The notes: generated by a model not told the origin, from the letters alone. 64,000 nucleotides of DNA from the human T2T-CHM13v2.0 reference genome, Homo sapiens (GCF_009914755.1 NC_060939.1), one strand, 5' to 3'. Counted from the first letter of the stretch, positions 1 through 15,200 are shown. Numbers and translations are program-made.

Positions 1-3000
1 ATTCCATTCCATACAGTTGCATTCCATTGGATTCCATTCTATATCTATAAATTCAATTCGAGACCATTGCTTTGGAGTCCATTCTATATGATTCCATTCC
101 ATTCAAGTCCATTACATTTGGTTCAATTCCATTCCATTCCATTCCCTTCCATTCCATTCCAATTGATATCAATCCATTCGATTCCATTCCATTCGAGCAC
201 ATTCCATTCGAGTCCATTCCATTCGATGCCATTCCATTTGATTCTATTCCATTAGTCTCCATTCAAATCCATTAATCTCCATTCCATTCCATTCTACTCC
301 AACTGATTCCATTCCATTCTATTCCTTTCCATTCCATTCCATTCCATTCCATTCCATTCCATTCCATTCGCTTCCATTCCATTCGTGTCCATTGCATTCC
401 AGTCCATTCCATTTGTGTCCACTGCATTCCATTCCACTCCATTCCATATTATTCCATTACACTCCATTCCATTCTATTACTTTCATTTCCATTGAATTCC
501 ATTCCATTTGATTCCATTCCACTCGGTTTCATTCCATTTGAGTCCACTCCACTCCATTCCATTCCATTCCATTCCATTCAGTTCCATTCGTTTCTGTTCC
601 ATTCCATTCCGTTCCATTGCATTCCATTCCATTCGGTACCATTCCATATTGTTCCATTCGATTCCATTCGAATCCATTCCATTCCAGTCCATTCCATTCG
701 ATTCCATTCCATTCCTTTCAATTCCATTCCATTCCATTCCATTCCACTTGATTCCACTCCATTCCCTTCCACTGCATTCCATTGCATTGCATTCCATTCC
801 ATTGGACTGCATTCCATTCGATTCCATTCCATTCGAATCAATTACATAGCAATCCATTACATTCGAGTCTATTCTATTCCGTTCCATTTGATTTCGTTCC
901 AATCCATTCGATTCCATTCCATTCGATTCCATTCCATACTATTGCATTCCATTCTATTACATTATATTCGAATAAGTTCCATTCAAGACCATTTCTTTTG
1001 AGTCCATTCTATTTGAGTCCATTCCCTTTGATTCCATAACATTTGAGTCCATTCAATTCCATTCCTTTCGTTTCCATTCCATTTGATGCCATTCCATTCA
1101 ATTCTGTTCTACTCGACTCCAATACATTCAATTCCATTCCATCCGATTCCATTACATTCTTTTCATTTCTTATCCATTTCAAGCCATTCCACTCCATTCC
1201 ATTCCACTCGTTTCCTTTCCATTCGAGTCCATTCCTCTCCTGTCCATTCCGTTCAATCCATTCCATTCCAGTCCATTCCATTCGAGTCCGTTCCATTCCA
1301 GTCCATTCCATTCGAGTCAATTCCATTCCATTCGATGTCTTTCCATAACGATCCATTCCATTCTATTCCTTTCAATTCCATTCCATTCTATTTCATTCCA
1401 TTCGATTCCCTTCCATTGGACTCCTTTCCATTCGAGTGCATTCCATTCCGTTCCATTTCTTTCCGTTCTGTACGATTCCTACCGTTCGATTTCATTTTGT
1501 TCCAGTCCATTCTTTCGCGTCCATTCCATTCCATTTCACTCCATTCGATTCCATTCCACTCGATTCCACTTCGTTCCATTTCATTGCATTCCATTCTATT
1601 CAACTCTATTGCCTTCCATTCCATTCCATTCGATTACATTCCATGCGATTCCATTCGAAATCGAATCAATTACATTGCAATCCATTACTATTGAGTCCGT
1701 TTTATTCCAGTCCACTGCATTCTGGTCCATTCCATTTGATTCCATTCAATTCTATTCCATTCCATACAGTTGCATTCCATTGGATTCCATGCTATATCTA
1801 TAAATTCAATTCGAGACCATTGCTTTTGAGTCCATTCTATATGATTCCATTCCATTCAAGTCCATTACATTTGGTTAAATTCCATTCCATTCGGTTCAAT
1901 TCCATTCCATTCCATTCCCTTCCATTCCATTCCAGTTGATATCAATCCATTCGATTCCATTCCATTCGAGCACATTCCATTCGAGTCCATTCCATTCGAT
2001 GCCATTCCATTTGATTCTATTCCATTAGTCTCCATTCAATTCCATTAATCTCCATTCCATTCCATTCTACTCCAACTGATTCCATTCCATTCTATTCCTT
2101 TCCATTCCATTTCATTCCAATCCATTCCATTCCATTCGTGTCCATTCCACTCCAGTCCATTCCATTCGTATCCATTCCATTCCAGTCCATTCCATTTGTG
2201 TCCACTGCATTCCATTCCACTCCATTCCATATTATTCCATTACACTCCATTCCATTCTATTACTTTCATTTCCATTCAATTCCATTCCATTTGATTCCAT
2301 TCCACTCGGTTTCATTCCATTTGAGTCCACTCCATTCCATTCCATTCCATTCAGTTCCATTCCATTCTGTTCCATTCCATTCCTACCATTACATTCCATT
2401 CCATTCGGTACCATTCCATATTGTTCCATTCGATTCCATTCGAATCCATTCCATTCCAGTCCATTCCATTCGATTCCATTCCATTCATTTCAATTCCATT
2501 CCATTCCATTCCATTACATTCCACTTGATTCCTCTCCATTCCCTTCCACTGCATTCCGTTCGATTCCATTCCATTGCATTGCATTCCATTCCATTGGATT
2601 GCATTCCATTCGATTCCATTCCATTCGAATCAATTACGTAGCAATCCATTACATTCGAGTCTATTCTCTTCCGTTCCATTCGATTTCGTTCCAATCCATT
2701 CGATTCCATTCCATTCGATTCCATTCCATACTATTGCATTCCATTCGATTACATTATATTCGAATAAGTTCCATTCAAGACCATTTCTTTTGAGTCCATT
2801 CTATTTGAGTCCATTCCCTTTGATTCCATAACATTTGAGTCCATTCAATTCCATTCCTTTCGTTTCCATTCCATTTGATGCCATTCCATTCAATTCTGTT
2901 CTACTCGACTCCAATACATTCAATTCCATTCCATCCGATTCCATTACATTCTTTTCATTTCTTATCCATTTCAAGCCATTCCACTCCATTCCATTCCACT

Positions 3001-4649
3001 CGTTTCCTTTCCATTCGAGTCCATTCCTCTCCAGTCCATTCCGTTCAATCCATTCCATTCCAGTCCATTCCATTCGAGTCCGTTCCATTCCAGTCCATTC
3101 CATTCGAGTCAATTCCATTCCATTCGATGTCTTTCCATAACGATCCATTCCATTCTATTCCTTTGAATTCCATTCCATTCTATTTCATTCCATTCGATTC
3201 CCTTCCATTGGACTCCTTTCCATTCGAGTGCATTCCATTCCGTTCCATTTCTTTCCGTTCTGTACGATTCCTACCGTTCGATTTCATTTTGTTCCAGTCC
3301 ATTCTTTCGCGTCCATTCCATTCCATTTCACTCCATTCGATTCCATTCCACTCGATTCCACTTCGTTCCATTTCATTGCATTCCATTCTATTCAACTCTA
3401 TTGCCTTCCATTCCATTCCATTCGATTACATTCCATGCGATTCCATTCGAAATCGAATCAATTACATTGCAATCCATTACTATTGAGTCCGTTTTATTCC
3501 AGTCCACTGCATTCTGGTCCATTCCATTTGATTCCATTCCATTCTATTCCATTCCATACAGTTGCATTCCATTGGATTCCATGCTATATCTATAAATTCA
3601 ATTCGAGACCATTGCTTTTGAGTCCATTCTATATGATTCCATTCCATTCAAGTCCATTACATTTGGTTAAATTCCATTCCATTCGGTTCAACTGCATTCC
3701 ATTCCATTCCCTTCCATTCCATTCCATTTGATATCAATCCATTCGATTCCATTCCATTCGAGCACATTCCATTCGAGTCCATTCCATTCGATGCCATTCC
3801 ATTTGATTCTATTCCATTAGTCTCCATTCAATTCCATTAATCTCCATTCCATTCCATTCTACTCCAACTGATTCCATTCCATTCTATTCCTTTCCATTCC
3901 ATTTCATTCCATTCCATTCCATTCCATTCCATTCCATTCCATTCCATTCGTGTCCATTCCACTCCAGTCCATTCCATTCGTATCCATTCCATTCCAGTCC
4001 ATTCCATTTGTGTCCACTGCATTCCATTCCACTCCATTCCATATTATTCCATTACACTCCATTCCATTCTATTACATTCATTTCCATTCAATTCCATTCC
4101 ATTTGATTCCATTCCACTCGGTTTCATTCCATTTGAGTCCACTCCATTCCATTCCATTCCATTCAGTTCCATTCCATTCTGTTCCATTCCATTCCGTTCC
4201 ATTACATTCCATTCCATTCGGTACCATTCCATATTGTTCCATTCGATTCCATTCGAATCCATTGCATTCCAGTCCATTCCATTCGATTCCATTCCATTCA
4301 TTTCAATTCCATTCCATTCCATTCCATTACATTCCACTTGATTCCTCTCCATTCCCTTCCACTGCATTCCGTTCGATTCCATTCCATTGCATTGCATTCC
4401 ATTCCATTGGATTGCATTCCATTCGATTCCATTCCATTCGAATCAATTACATAGCAATCCATTACATTCGAGTCTATTCTCTTCCGTTCCATTCGATTTC
4501 GTTCCAATCCATTCGATTCCATTCCATTCGATTCCATTCCATACTATTGCATTCCATTCGATTACATTATATTCGAATAAGTTCCATTCAAGACCATTTC
4601 TTTTGAGTCCATTCTATTTGAGTCCATTCCCTTTGATTCCATAACATTT

Positions 4650-7600
4650 GAGTCCATTCAATTCCATTCCTTTCGTTTCCATTCCATTTGATGCCATTCC
4701 ATTCAATTCTGTTCTACTCGACTCCAATACATTCAATTCCATTCCATCTGATTCCATTACATTCTTTTCATTTCTTCCCCATTTCAAGCCATTCCACTCC
4801 ATTCCATTCCATTCGTTTCCTTTCCATTCGAGTCCATTCCTCTCCTGTCCATTCTGTTCAATCCATTCCATTCCTGTCCATTCCATTCGAGTCCGTTCCA
4901 TTCCAGTCCATTCCATTCGAGTCAATTCCATTCAATTCGATGTCTTTCCATAACGATCCATTCCATTCTATTCCTTTCGATTCCATTCCATTCTATTTCA
5001 TTCCATTCGATTCCCTTCCATTGGACTCCTTTCCATTCGAGTGCATTCCATTCCGTTCCATTTCTTTCCGTACTGTACGATTCCTACCTTTCGATTTCAT
5101 TTTGTTCCAGTCCATTCCTTTCGCGTCCATTCCATTCCATTTCACTCCATTCGATTCCATTCCACTCGATTCCACTTCGTTCCATTTCATTGCATTCCAT
5201 TCTATTCAACTCTATTGCCTTCCATTCCATTCCATTCGATTACATTCCATGCGATTCCATTCGAAATCGAATCAATTACATTGCATTCCATTACTATTGT
5301 GTCCGTTTTATTCCAGTCCACTGCATTCTGGTCCATTCCATTTGATTCCATTCCATTCTATTCCATTCCATACAGTTGCATTCCGTTGGACTCCATTCTA
5401 TATCTATAAATTCAATTCGAGACCATTGCTTTTGAGTCCATTCTATATGATTCCATTCCATTCATGTCCATTACATTTGGCTCAATTCCATTCCATTCCA
5501 TTCCCTTCCATTCCATTCCAATTGATATCAATCCATTTGATTCCATTCCATTCGAGCACATTCCATTCGAGTCTATTCCTTTCGATGCCATTCCATTTGA
5601 TTCTATTCCATTAGTCTCCATTCAATTCCATTAATCTCCATTCCATTCCATTCTACTCCAACTGATTTCATTCCATTCTATTCCTTTCCATTCCATTTCA
5701 TTCCATTCCATTAAATTTCATTCCATTCCATTACATTCGCTTCCATTCCATTCGTGTCCATTCCACTCCAGTCCATTCCATTCGTGTCCATTCCATTCCA
5801 CTCCATTCCATTTGTGTCCACTGCATTCCCTTCCACTCCATTCCATATTATTCCATTACACTCCATTCCATTCTATTACTTTCATTTCCATTCAATTCCA
5901 TTCCATTTGATTCCATTCCACTCGGTTTCATTCCATTTGAGTCCACTCCATTCCATTCCATTCCATTCCATTCAGTTCCATTCCATTCTGTTCCATTCCA
6001 TTCCATTCCATTGCATTCCATTCCATTCGGTACCATTCCATATTGTTCCATTAGATTTCATTCGAATCCATTCCATTCCAGTCCATTCCATTCGATTCCA
6101 TTCCATTCCTTTCCATTCCATTCCATTCCATTCCATTCCACTTGATTCCACTCCATTCCCTTCCACTGCATTCCTTTCGATTCCATTCCATTGCATTGCA
6201 TTCCATTCCATTGGACTGCATTCCATTCGATTAAATTGCATTCGAATCAATTACATAGCAATCCATTACATTCGAGTCTATTCTATTCCGTTCCATTCGA
6301 TTTCGTTCCAATCCATTCGATTCCATTCCATTCGATTCCATTCCATACTATTGCATTCCATTCTATTATATTATATTCGAATAAGTTCCATTCAAGACCA
6401 TTTCTTTTGAGTCCATTCTATTTGAGTCTATTCCCTTTGATTCCATAACATTTGAGTCCATTCAATTTCATTCCTTTCGTTTCCATTCCATGTGATGCCA
6501 TTCCATTCAATTCTGTTCTACTCGACTCCAATACATTCAATTCCATTCCATCTGATTCCATTACATTCTTTTCATTTCTTCCCCATTTCAAGCCATTCCA
6601 CTCCATTCCATTCCACTCGTTTCCTTTCCATTCGAGTCCATTCCTCTCCTGTCCATTCTGTTCAATCCATTCCATTCCTGTCCATTCCATTCGAGTCCGT
6701 TCCATTGCAGTCCATTCCATTCGAGTCAATTCCATTCAATTCGATGTCTTTCCATAACGATCCATTCCATTCTATTCCTTTCGATTCCATTCCATTCTAT
6801 TTCATTCCATTCGATTCCCTTCCATTGGACTCCTTTCCATTCGAGTGCATTCCATTCCGTTCCATTTCTTTCCGTTCTGTACGATTCCTACCTTTCGATT
6901 TCATTTTGTTCCAGTTCATTCCTTTCGCGTCCATTCCATTCCATTTCACTCCATTCGATTCCATTCCACTCGATTCCACTTCGTTCCATTTCATTGCATT
7001 CCATTCTATTCAACTCTATTGCCTTCCATTCCATTCCATTCGATTACATTCCATGCGATTCCATTCGAAATCGAATCAATTACATTGCAATCCATTACTA
7101 TTGTGTCCGTTTTATTCCAGTCCACTGCATTCTGGTCCATTCCATTTGATTCCATTCCATTCTATTCCATTCCATACAGTTGCATTCCATTGGATTCCAT
7201 TCTATATCTATAAATTCAATTCGAGACCATCGCTTTGGAGTCCATTCTATATGATTCCATTCCATTCATGTCCATTACATTTGGTTCAATTCCATTCCAT
7301 TCCATTCCCTTCCATTCCATTCCAATTGATATCAATCCATTCGATTCCATTCCATTCGAGCACATTCCATTCGAGTCTATTCCATTTGATGCCGTTCCAT
7401 TTGATTCTATTCCATTAGTATCCATTCAATTCCATTAATCTCCATTCCATTCCATTCTACTCCAACTGATTCCATTCCATTCTATTCCTTTCCATTCCAT
7501 TTCATTCCATTCCATTAAATTTCATTCCAATCCATTCCATTCGCTTCCATTCCATTCGTGTCCATTCCATTCCAGTCCATTCCATTCGTGTCCATTCCAT

Positions 7601-9250
7601 TCCAGTCCATTCCATTTGTGTCCACTGCATTCCCTTCCACTCCATTCCATATTATTCCATTACACTCCATTCCATTCTATTACTTTCATTTCCATTCAAT
7701 TCCATTCCACTTGATTCCATTCCACTCGGTTTCATTCCATTTGAGTTCACTCCATTCCATTCCATTCCATTCCATTCAGTTCCATTCCATTCTGTTCCAT
7801 TCCATTCCATTCCATTGCATTCCATTCCATTCGGTACCATTCCATATTGTTCCATTCGATTACATTCGAATCCATTCCATTCCAGTCCATTCCATTCGAT
7901 TCCATTCCATTCCTTTCCATTCCATTCCATTCCATTCCATTCCACTTGATTCCACTCCATTCCCTTCCACTGCATTCCATTCGATTCCATTCCATTGCAT
8001 TGCATTCCATTCCATTGGACTGCATTCCATTCGATTCCATTGCATTCGAATCAATTACATAGCAATCCATTACATTCGAGTCTATTCTATTCCGTTCCAT
8101 TCGATTTCGTTCCAATCCATTCGATTCCATTCCATTCGATTCCATTCCATACTATTGCATTCCATTCTATTACATTATATTCGAATAAGTTCCATTCAAG
8201 ACCATTTCTTTGAGTCCATTCTATTTGAGTCTATTCCCTTTGATTCCATAACATTTGAGTCCATTCAATTCCATTCCTTTCGTTTCCATTCCATTTGATG
8301 CCATTCCATTCAATTCTGTTCTACTCGACTCCAATACATTCAATTCCATTCCATCTGATTCCATTACATTCTTTACATTTCTTCCCCATTTCAAGCCATT
8401 CCACTCCATTCCATTCCACTCGTTTCCTTTCCATTCGAGTCCATTCCTCTCCTGTCCATTCCGTTCAATCCATTCCATTCCAGTCCGTTCCATTCCAGTC
8501 CATTCCATTCGAGTCAATTCCGTTCCATTCGATGTCTTTCCATAACGATCCATTCCATTCTATTCCTTTCGATTCCATTCCATTCTATTTCATTCCATTC
8601 GATTCCCTTCCATTGGACTCCTTTCCATTCGAGTGCATTCCATTCCGTTCCATTTCTTTCCGTACTGTACGATTCCTACCTTTCGATTTCATTTTGTTCC
8701 AGTCCTTTCCTTTCGCGTCCATTCCATTCCATTTCACTCCATTCGATTCCATTCCACTCGATTCCACTTCGTTCCATTTCATTGCATTCCATTCTATTCA
8801 ACTCTATTGCCTTCCATTCCATTCCATTCGATTACATTCCATGCGATTCCATTCGAAATCGAATCAATTACATTGCAATCCATTACTATTGTGTCCGCTT
8901 TATTCAAGTCCACTGCATTCTGGTCCATTCCATTTGATTCCATTCCATTCTATTCCATTCCATACAGTTGCATTCCGTTGGACTCCATTCTATATCTATA
9001 AATTCAATTCGAGACCATTGCTTTGGAGTCCATTCTATATGATTCCATTCCATTCATGTCCATTACATTTGGCTCAATTCCATTCCATTCCATTCCCTTC
9101 CATTCCATTCCAATTGATATCAATCCATTCGATTCCATTCCATTCGAGCACATTCCATTCGAGTCCATTCCATTCGATGCCATTCCATTTGATTCTATTC
9201 CATTAGTCTCCATTCAATTCCATTAATCTCCATTCCATTCCATTCTACTC
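4650..9250 (+). repeat. Block of three divergent-subtype 1.8-kb units (a fourth copy at ~13630-14750)
   Basis: Shared variants TTCTTCCCCATT (vs TTCTTATCCATT), CCATCTGATT, CCTACCTTTCG and TTCATGTCC in the units starting 4648, 6452, 8255 and 13627. TTGGCTCAA is present in three of them (4648, 8255, 13627). Confidence 0.85.
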
Positions 9251-12200
9251 CAACTGATTCCATTCCATTCTATTCCTTTCAATTCCATTTCATTCCATTC
9301 CATTCCATTTCATTCCATTCCATTCCATTCCATTCCATTCGCTTCCATTCCATTCGTGTCCATTCCACTCCAGTCCATTCCATTCGTGTCCATTCCATTC
9401 CAGTCCATTCCATTTGTGTCCACTGCATTCCATTCCACTCCATTCCATATTATTCCATTTCACTCCATTCCATTCTATTACTTTCATTTCGATTCAGTTC
9501 CATTCCATTTGATTCCATTCCACTCGGTTTCATTCCATTTGAGTCCACTCCATTCCATTCCATTCCATTCCATTCAGTTCCATTCCATTCTGTTCCATTC
9601 CATTCCGTTCCATTACATTCCATTCCATTCGGTACCATTCCATATTGTTCCATTCGATTCCATTCGAATCCATTCCATTCCAGTCCATTCCATTCGATTC
9701 CATTCCATTCATTTCAATTCCATTCCATTCCATTCCATTACATTCCACTTGATTCCTCTCCATTCCCTTCCACTGCATTCCGTTCGATTCCATTCCATTG
9801 CATTGCATTCCATTCCATTGGATTGCATTCCATTCGATTCCATTCCATTCGAATCAATTACATAGCAATCCATTACATTCTAGTCTATTCTATTCCTTTC
9901 CATTCGATTTCGTTCCAATCCATTCGATTCCATTCCATTCGATTCCATTCCATACTATTGCATTCCATTCGATTACATTATATTCGAATAAGTTCCATTC
10001 AAGACCATTTCTTTTGAGTCCATTCTATTTGAGTCCATTCCCTTTGATTCCATAACATTTGAGTCCATTCAATTCCATTCCTTTCGTTTCCATTCCATTT
10101 GATGCCATTCCATTCAATTCTGTTCTACTCGACTCCAATACATTCAATTCCATTCCATCCAATTCCATTACATTCTTTTCATTTCTTATCCATTTCAAGC
10201 CATTCCACTCCATTCCATTCCACTCGTTTCCTTTCCATTCGAGTCCATTCCTCTCCAGTCCATTCCGTTCAATCCATTCCATTCCAGTCCGTTCCATTCG
10301 AGTCCGTTCCATTCCAGTCCATTCCATTCGAGTCAATTCCATTCCATTCGATGTCTTTCCATAACGATCCATTCCATTCTATTCCTTTCGATTCCATTCC
10401 ATTCTATTTCATTCCATTCGATTCCCTTCCATTGGACTCCTTTCCATTCGAGTGCATTCCATTCCTTTCCATTTCTTTCCGTTCTGTACGATTCCTACCG
10501 TTCGATTTCATTTTGTTCCAGTCCATTCCTTTCGCGTCCATTCCATTCCATTTCACTCCATTCGATTCCATTCCACTCGATTCCACTTCGTTCCATTTCA
10601 TTGCATTCCATTCTATTCAACTCTATTGCCTTCCATTCCATTCCATTCGATTACATTCCATGCGATTCCATTCGAAATCGAATCAATTACATTGCAATCC
10701 ATTACTATTGTGTCCGTTTTATTCCAGTCCACTGCATTCTGGTCCATTCCATTTGATTCCATTCCATTCTATTCCATTCCATACAGTTGCATTCCATTGG
10801 ATTCCATGCTATATCTATAAATTCAATTCGAGACCATTGCTTTTGAGTCCATTCTATATGATTCCATTCCATTCAAGTCCATTACATTTGGTTCAATTCC
10901 ATTCCATTCCATTCCCTTCCATTCCATTCCATTTGATATCAATCCATTCGATTCCATTCCATTCGAGCACATTCCATTCGAGTCCATTCCATTCGATGCC
11001 ATTCCATTTGATTCTATTCCATTAGTCTCCATTCAATTCCATTAATCTCCATTCCATTCCATTCTACTCCAACTGATTCCATTCCATTCTATTCCTTTCC
11101 ATTCCATTTCATTCCATTCCCTTCCATTTCATTCCATTCCATTCCATTCGTGACCATTCCACTCCAGTCCATTCCATTCGTGTCCATTCCATTCCAGTCC
11201 ATTCCATTTGTGTCCACTGCATTCCATTCCACTCCATTCCATATTATTCCATTACACTCCATTCCATTCTATTACTTTCATTTCCATTCAATTCCATTCC
11301 ATTTGATTCCATTCCACTCGGTTTCATTCCATTTGAGTCCACTCCATTCCATTCCATTCCATTCCATTCAGTTCCATTCCATTCTGTTCCATTCCATTCC
11401 GTTCCATTACATTCCATTCCATTCGGTACCATTCCATATTGTTCCATTCGATTCCATTCGAATCCATTCCATTCCAGTCCATTCCATTCGATTCCATTCC
11501 ATTCATTTCAATTCCATTCCATTCCATTCCATTACATTCCACTTGATTCCTCTCCATTCCCTTCCACTGCATTCCGTTCGATTCCATTCCATTGCATTGC
11601 ATTCCATTCCATTGGATTGCATTCCATTCGATTCCATTCCATTCGAATCAATTACATAGCAATCCATTACATTCGAGTCTATTCTATTCCGTTCCATTCG
11701 ATTTCGTTCCAATCCATTCGATTCCATTCCATTCGATTCCATTCCATACTATTACATTCCATTCGATTACATTATATTCGAATAAGTTCCATTCAAGACC
11801 ATTTCTTTTGAGTCCATTCTATTTGAGTCCATTCCCTTTGATTCCATAACATTTGAGTCCATTCAATTCCATTCCTTTCGTTTCCATTCCATTTGATGCC
11901 ATTCCATTCAATTCTGTTCTACTCGACTCCAATACATTCAATTCCATTCCATCCGATTCCATTACATTCTTTTCATTTCTTATCCATTTCAAGCCATTCC
12001 ACTCCATTCCATTCCACTCGTTTCCTTTCCATTCGAGTCCATTCCTCTCCAGTCCATTCCGTTCAATCCATTCCATTCCAGTCCATTCCATTCGAGTCCG
12101 TTCCATTCCAGTCCATTCCATTCGAGTCAATTCCATCCCATTCGATGTCTTTCCATAACGATCCATTCCATTCTATTCCTTTCGATTCCATTCCATTCTA

Positions 12201-15200
12201 TTTCATTCCATTCGATTCCCTTCCATTGGACTCCTTTCCATTCGAGTGCATTCCATTCCGTTCCATTTCTTTCCGTTCTGTACGATTCCTACCGTTCGAT
12301 TTCATTTTGTTCCAGTCCATTCCTTTCGCGTCCATTCCATTCCATTTCACTCCATTCGATTCCATTCCACTCGATTCCACTTCGTTCCATTTCATTGCAT
12401 TCCATTCTATTCAACTCTATTGCCTTCCATTCCATTCCATTCGATTACATTCCATGCGATTCCATTCGAAATCGAATCAATTACATTGCAATCCATTACT
12501 ATTGAGTCCATTTTATTCCAGTCCACTGCATTCTGGTCCATTCCATTTGATTCCATTCCATTCTATTCCATTCCATACAGTTGCAATCCATTGAACTCCA
12601 TTGTATATCTATAAATTCAATTCGAGACCATTGCTTTTGAGTCCATTCTATATGATTCCATTCCATTCAAGTCCATTACATTTGGTTCAATTCCATTACA
12701 TTCCATTCGCTTCCATTCCATTCCAGTTGATATCAATCCATTCGATTCCATTCCATTCGAGCACATTCCATTCGAGTCCATTCCATTCGATGCCATTCCA
12801 TTTGATTCTATTCCATTAGTCTCCATTCAATTCCATTAATCTCCATTCCATTCCATTCTACTCCAACTGATTCCATTCCATTCTATTCCTTTCCATTCCA
12901 TTTCATTCCATTCCATTTCATTCCATTTCATTCCATTCCATTCCATTCCATTCCATTCGCTTCCATTCCATTCGTGTCCATTGCATTCCAGTCCATTCCA
13001 TTTGTGTCCACTGCATTCCATTCCACTCCATTCCATATTATTCCATTACACTCCATTCCATTCTATTACTTTCATTTCCATTCAATTCCATTCCATTTGA
13101 TTCCATTCCACTCGGTTTCATTCCATTTGAGTCCACTCCATTCCATTCCATTCCATTCCATTCAGTTCCATTCCATTCTGTTCCATTCCATTCCGTTCCA
13201 TTGCATTCCATTCCATTCGGTACCATTCCATATTGTTCCATTCGATTCCATTCGAATCCATTCCATTCCAGTCCATTCCATTCGATTCCATTCCATTCCT
13301 TTCAATTCCATTCCATTCCATTCCATTCCACTTGATTCCACTCCATTCCCTTCCACTGCATTCCATTGCATTGCATTCCATTCCATTGGACTGCATTCCA
13401 TTCGATTCCATTCCATTCGAATCAATTACATAGCAATCCATTACATTCGAGTCTATTTTATTCCGTTCCATTCGATTTCGTTCCAATCCATTCGATTCCA
13501 TTCCATTCGATTCCATTCCATACTATTGCATTCCATTCTATTACATTATATTCGAATAAGTTCCATTCAAGACCATTTCTTTTGAGTCCATTCTATTTGA
13601 GTCCATTCCCTTTGATTCCATAACATTTGAGTCCATTCAATTCCATTCCTTTCGTTTCCATTCCATTTGATGCCATTCCATTCAATTCTGTTCTACTCGT
13701 CTCCAATACATTCAATTCCATTCCATCTGATTCCATTACATTCTTTTCATTTCTTCCCCATTTCAAGCCATTCCACTCCATTCCATTCCACTCGTTTCCT
13801 TTCCATTCGAGTCCATTCCTCTCCTGTCCATTCCGTTCAATCCATTCCATTCCAGTCCATTCCATTCGAGTCCGTTCCATTCCAGTCCATTCCATTCGAG
13901 TCAATTCCATTCCATTCGATGTCTTTCCATAACGATCCATTCCATTCTATTCCTTTCGATTCCATTCCATTCTATTTCATTCCATTCGATTCCCTTCCAT
14001 TGGACTCCTTTCCATTCGAGTGCATTCCATTCCGTTCCATTTCTTTCCGTACTGTACGATTCCTACCTTTCGATTTCATTTTGTTCCAGTCCATTCCTTT
14101 CACGTCCATTCCATTCCATTTCACTCCATTCGATTCCATTCCACTCGATTCCACTTCGTTCCATTTCATTGCATTCCATTCTATTCAACTCTATTGCCTT
14201 CCATTCCATTCCATTCGATTACATTCCATGCGATTCCATTCGAAATCGAATCAATTACATTGCAATCCATTACTATTGTGTCCGTTTTATTCCAGTCCAC
14301 TGCATTCTGGTCCATTCCATTTGATTCCATTCCATTCTATTCCATTCCATACAGTTGCATTCCGTTGGATTCCATTCTATATCTATAAATTCAATTCGAG
14401 ACCATTGCTTTGGAGTCCATTCTATATGATTCCATTCCATTCATGTCCATTACATTTGGCTCAATTCCATTCCATTCCATTCCCTTCCATTCCATTCCAA
14501 TTGATGTCAATCCATTCGATTCCATTCCATTCGAGCACATTCCATTCGAGTCCATTCCATTCGATGCCATTCCATTTGATTATATTCCATTAGTCTCCAT
14601 TCAATTCCATTAATCTCCATTCCATTCCATTCTACTCCAACTGATTCCATTCCATTCTATTCCTTTCCATTCCATTTCATTCCATTCCATTCCATTTCAT
14701 TCCATTCCATTCCATTCCATTCCATTCCATTCGCTTCCATTCCATTCGTGTCCATTCCACTCCAGTCCATTCCATTCGTGTCCATTCCATTCCAGTCCAT
14801 TCCATTTGTGTCCACTGCATTCCATTCCACTCCATTCCATATTATTCCATTACACTCCATTCCATTCTATTACTTTCATTTCCATTCAATTCCATTCCAT
14901 TTGATTCCATTCCACTCGGTTTCATTCCATTTGAGTCCACTCCATTCCATTCCATTCCATTCCATTCAGTTCCATTCCATTCTGTTCCGTTCCGTTCCAT
15001 TCCATTACATTCCTTTCCATTCGGTACCATTCCATATTGTTCCATTCGATTCCATTCGAATCCATTCCATTCCAGTCCATTCCATTCGATTCCATTCCAT
15101 TCCTTTCAATTCCATTCCATTCCATTCCATTCCACTTGATTCCACTCCATTCCCTTCCACTGCATTCCATTCGATTCCATTCCATTGCATTGCATTCCAT

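Noticed and set aside
26-52. ATTGG (reverse CCAAT) followed by TATAAAT once per unit, resembling a Pol II promoter
   Set aside because: Both are short motifs that arise easily from mutated pentamers. The spacing is atypically short, the homologous position in the other half-unit (GAATAAGTT) does not keep it, and there is no supporting evidence.
1654-1670. TTCGAAATCGAATC and other TTCGAA palindromes as heat-shock elements
   Set aside because: Canonical HSEs need alternating inverted nGAAn units (TTCnnGAA). TTCGAA has no spacer and the bulk GAATG units are head-to-tail. HSF1 stress bodies are mainly linked to chr9 Sat III and cannot be inferred here.
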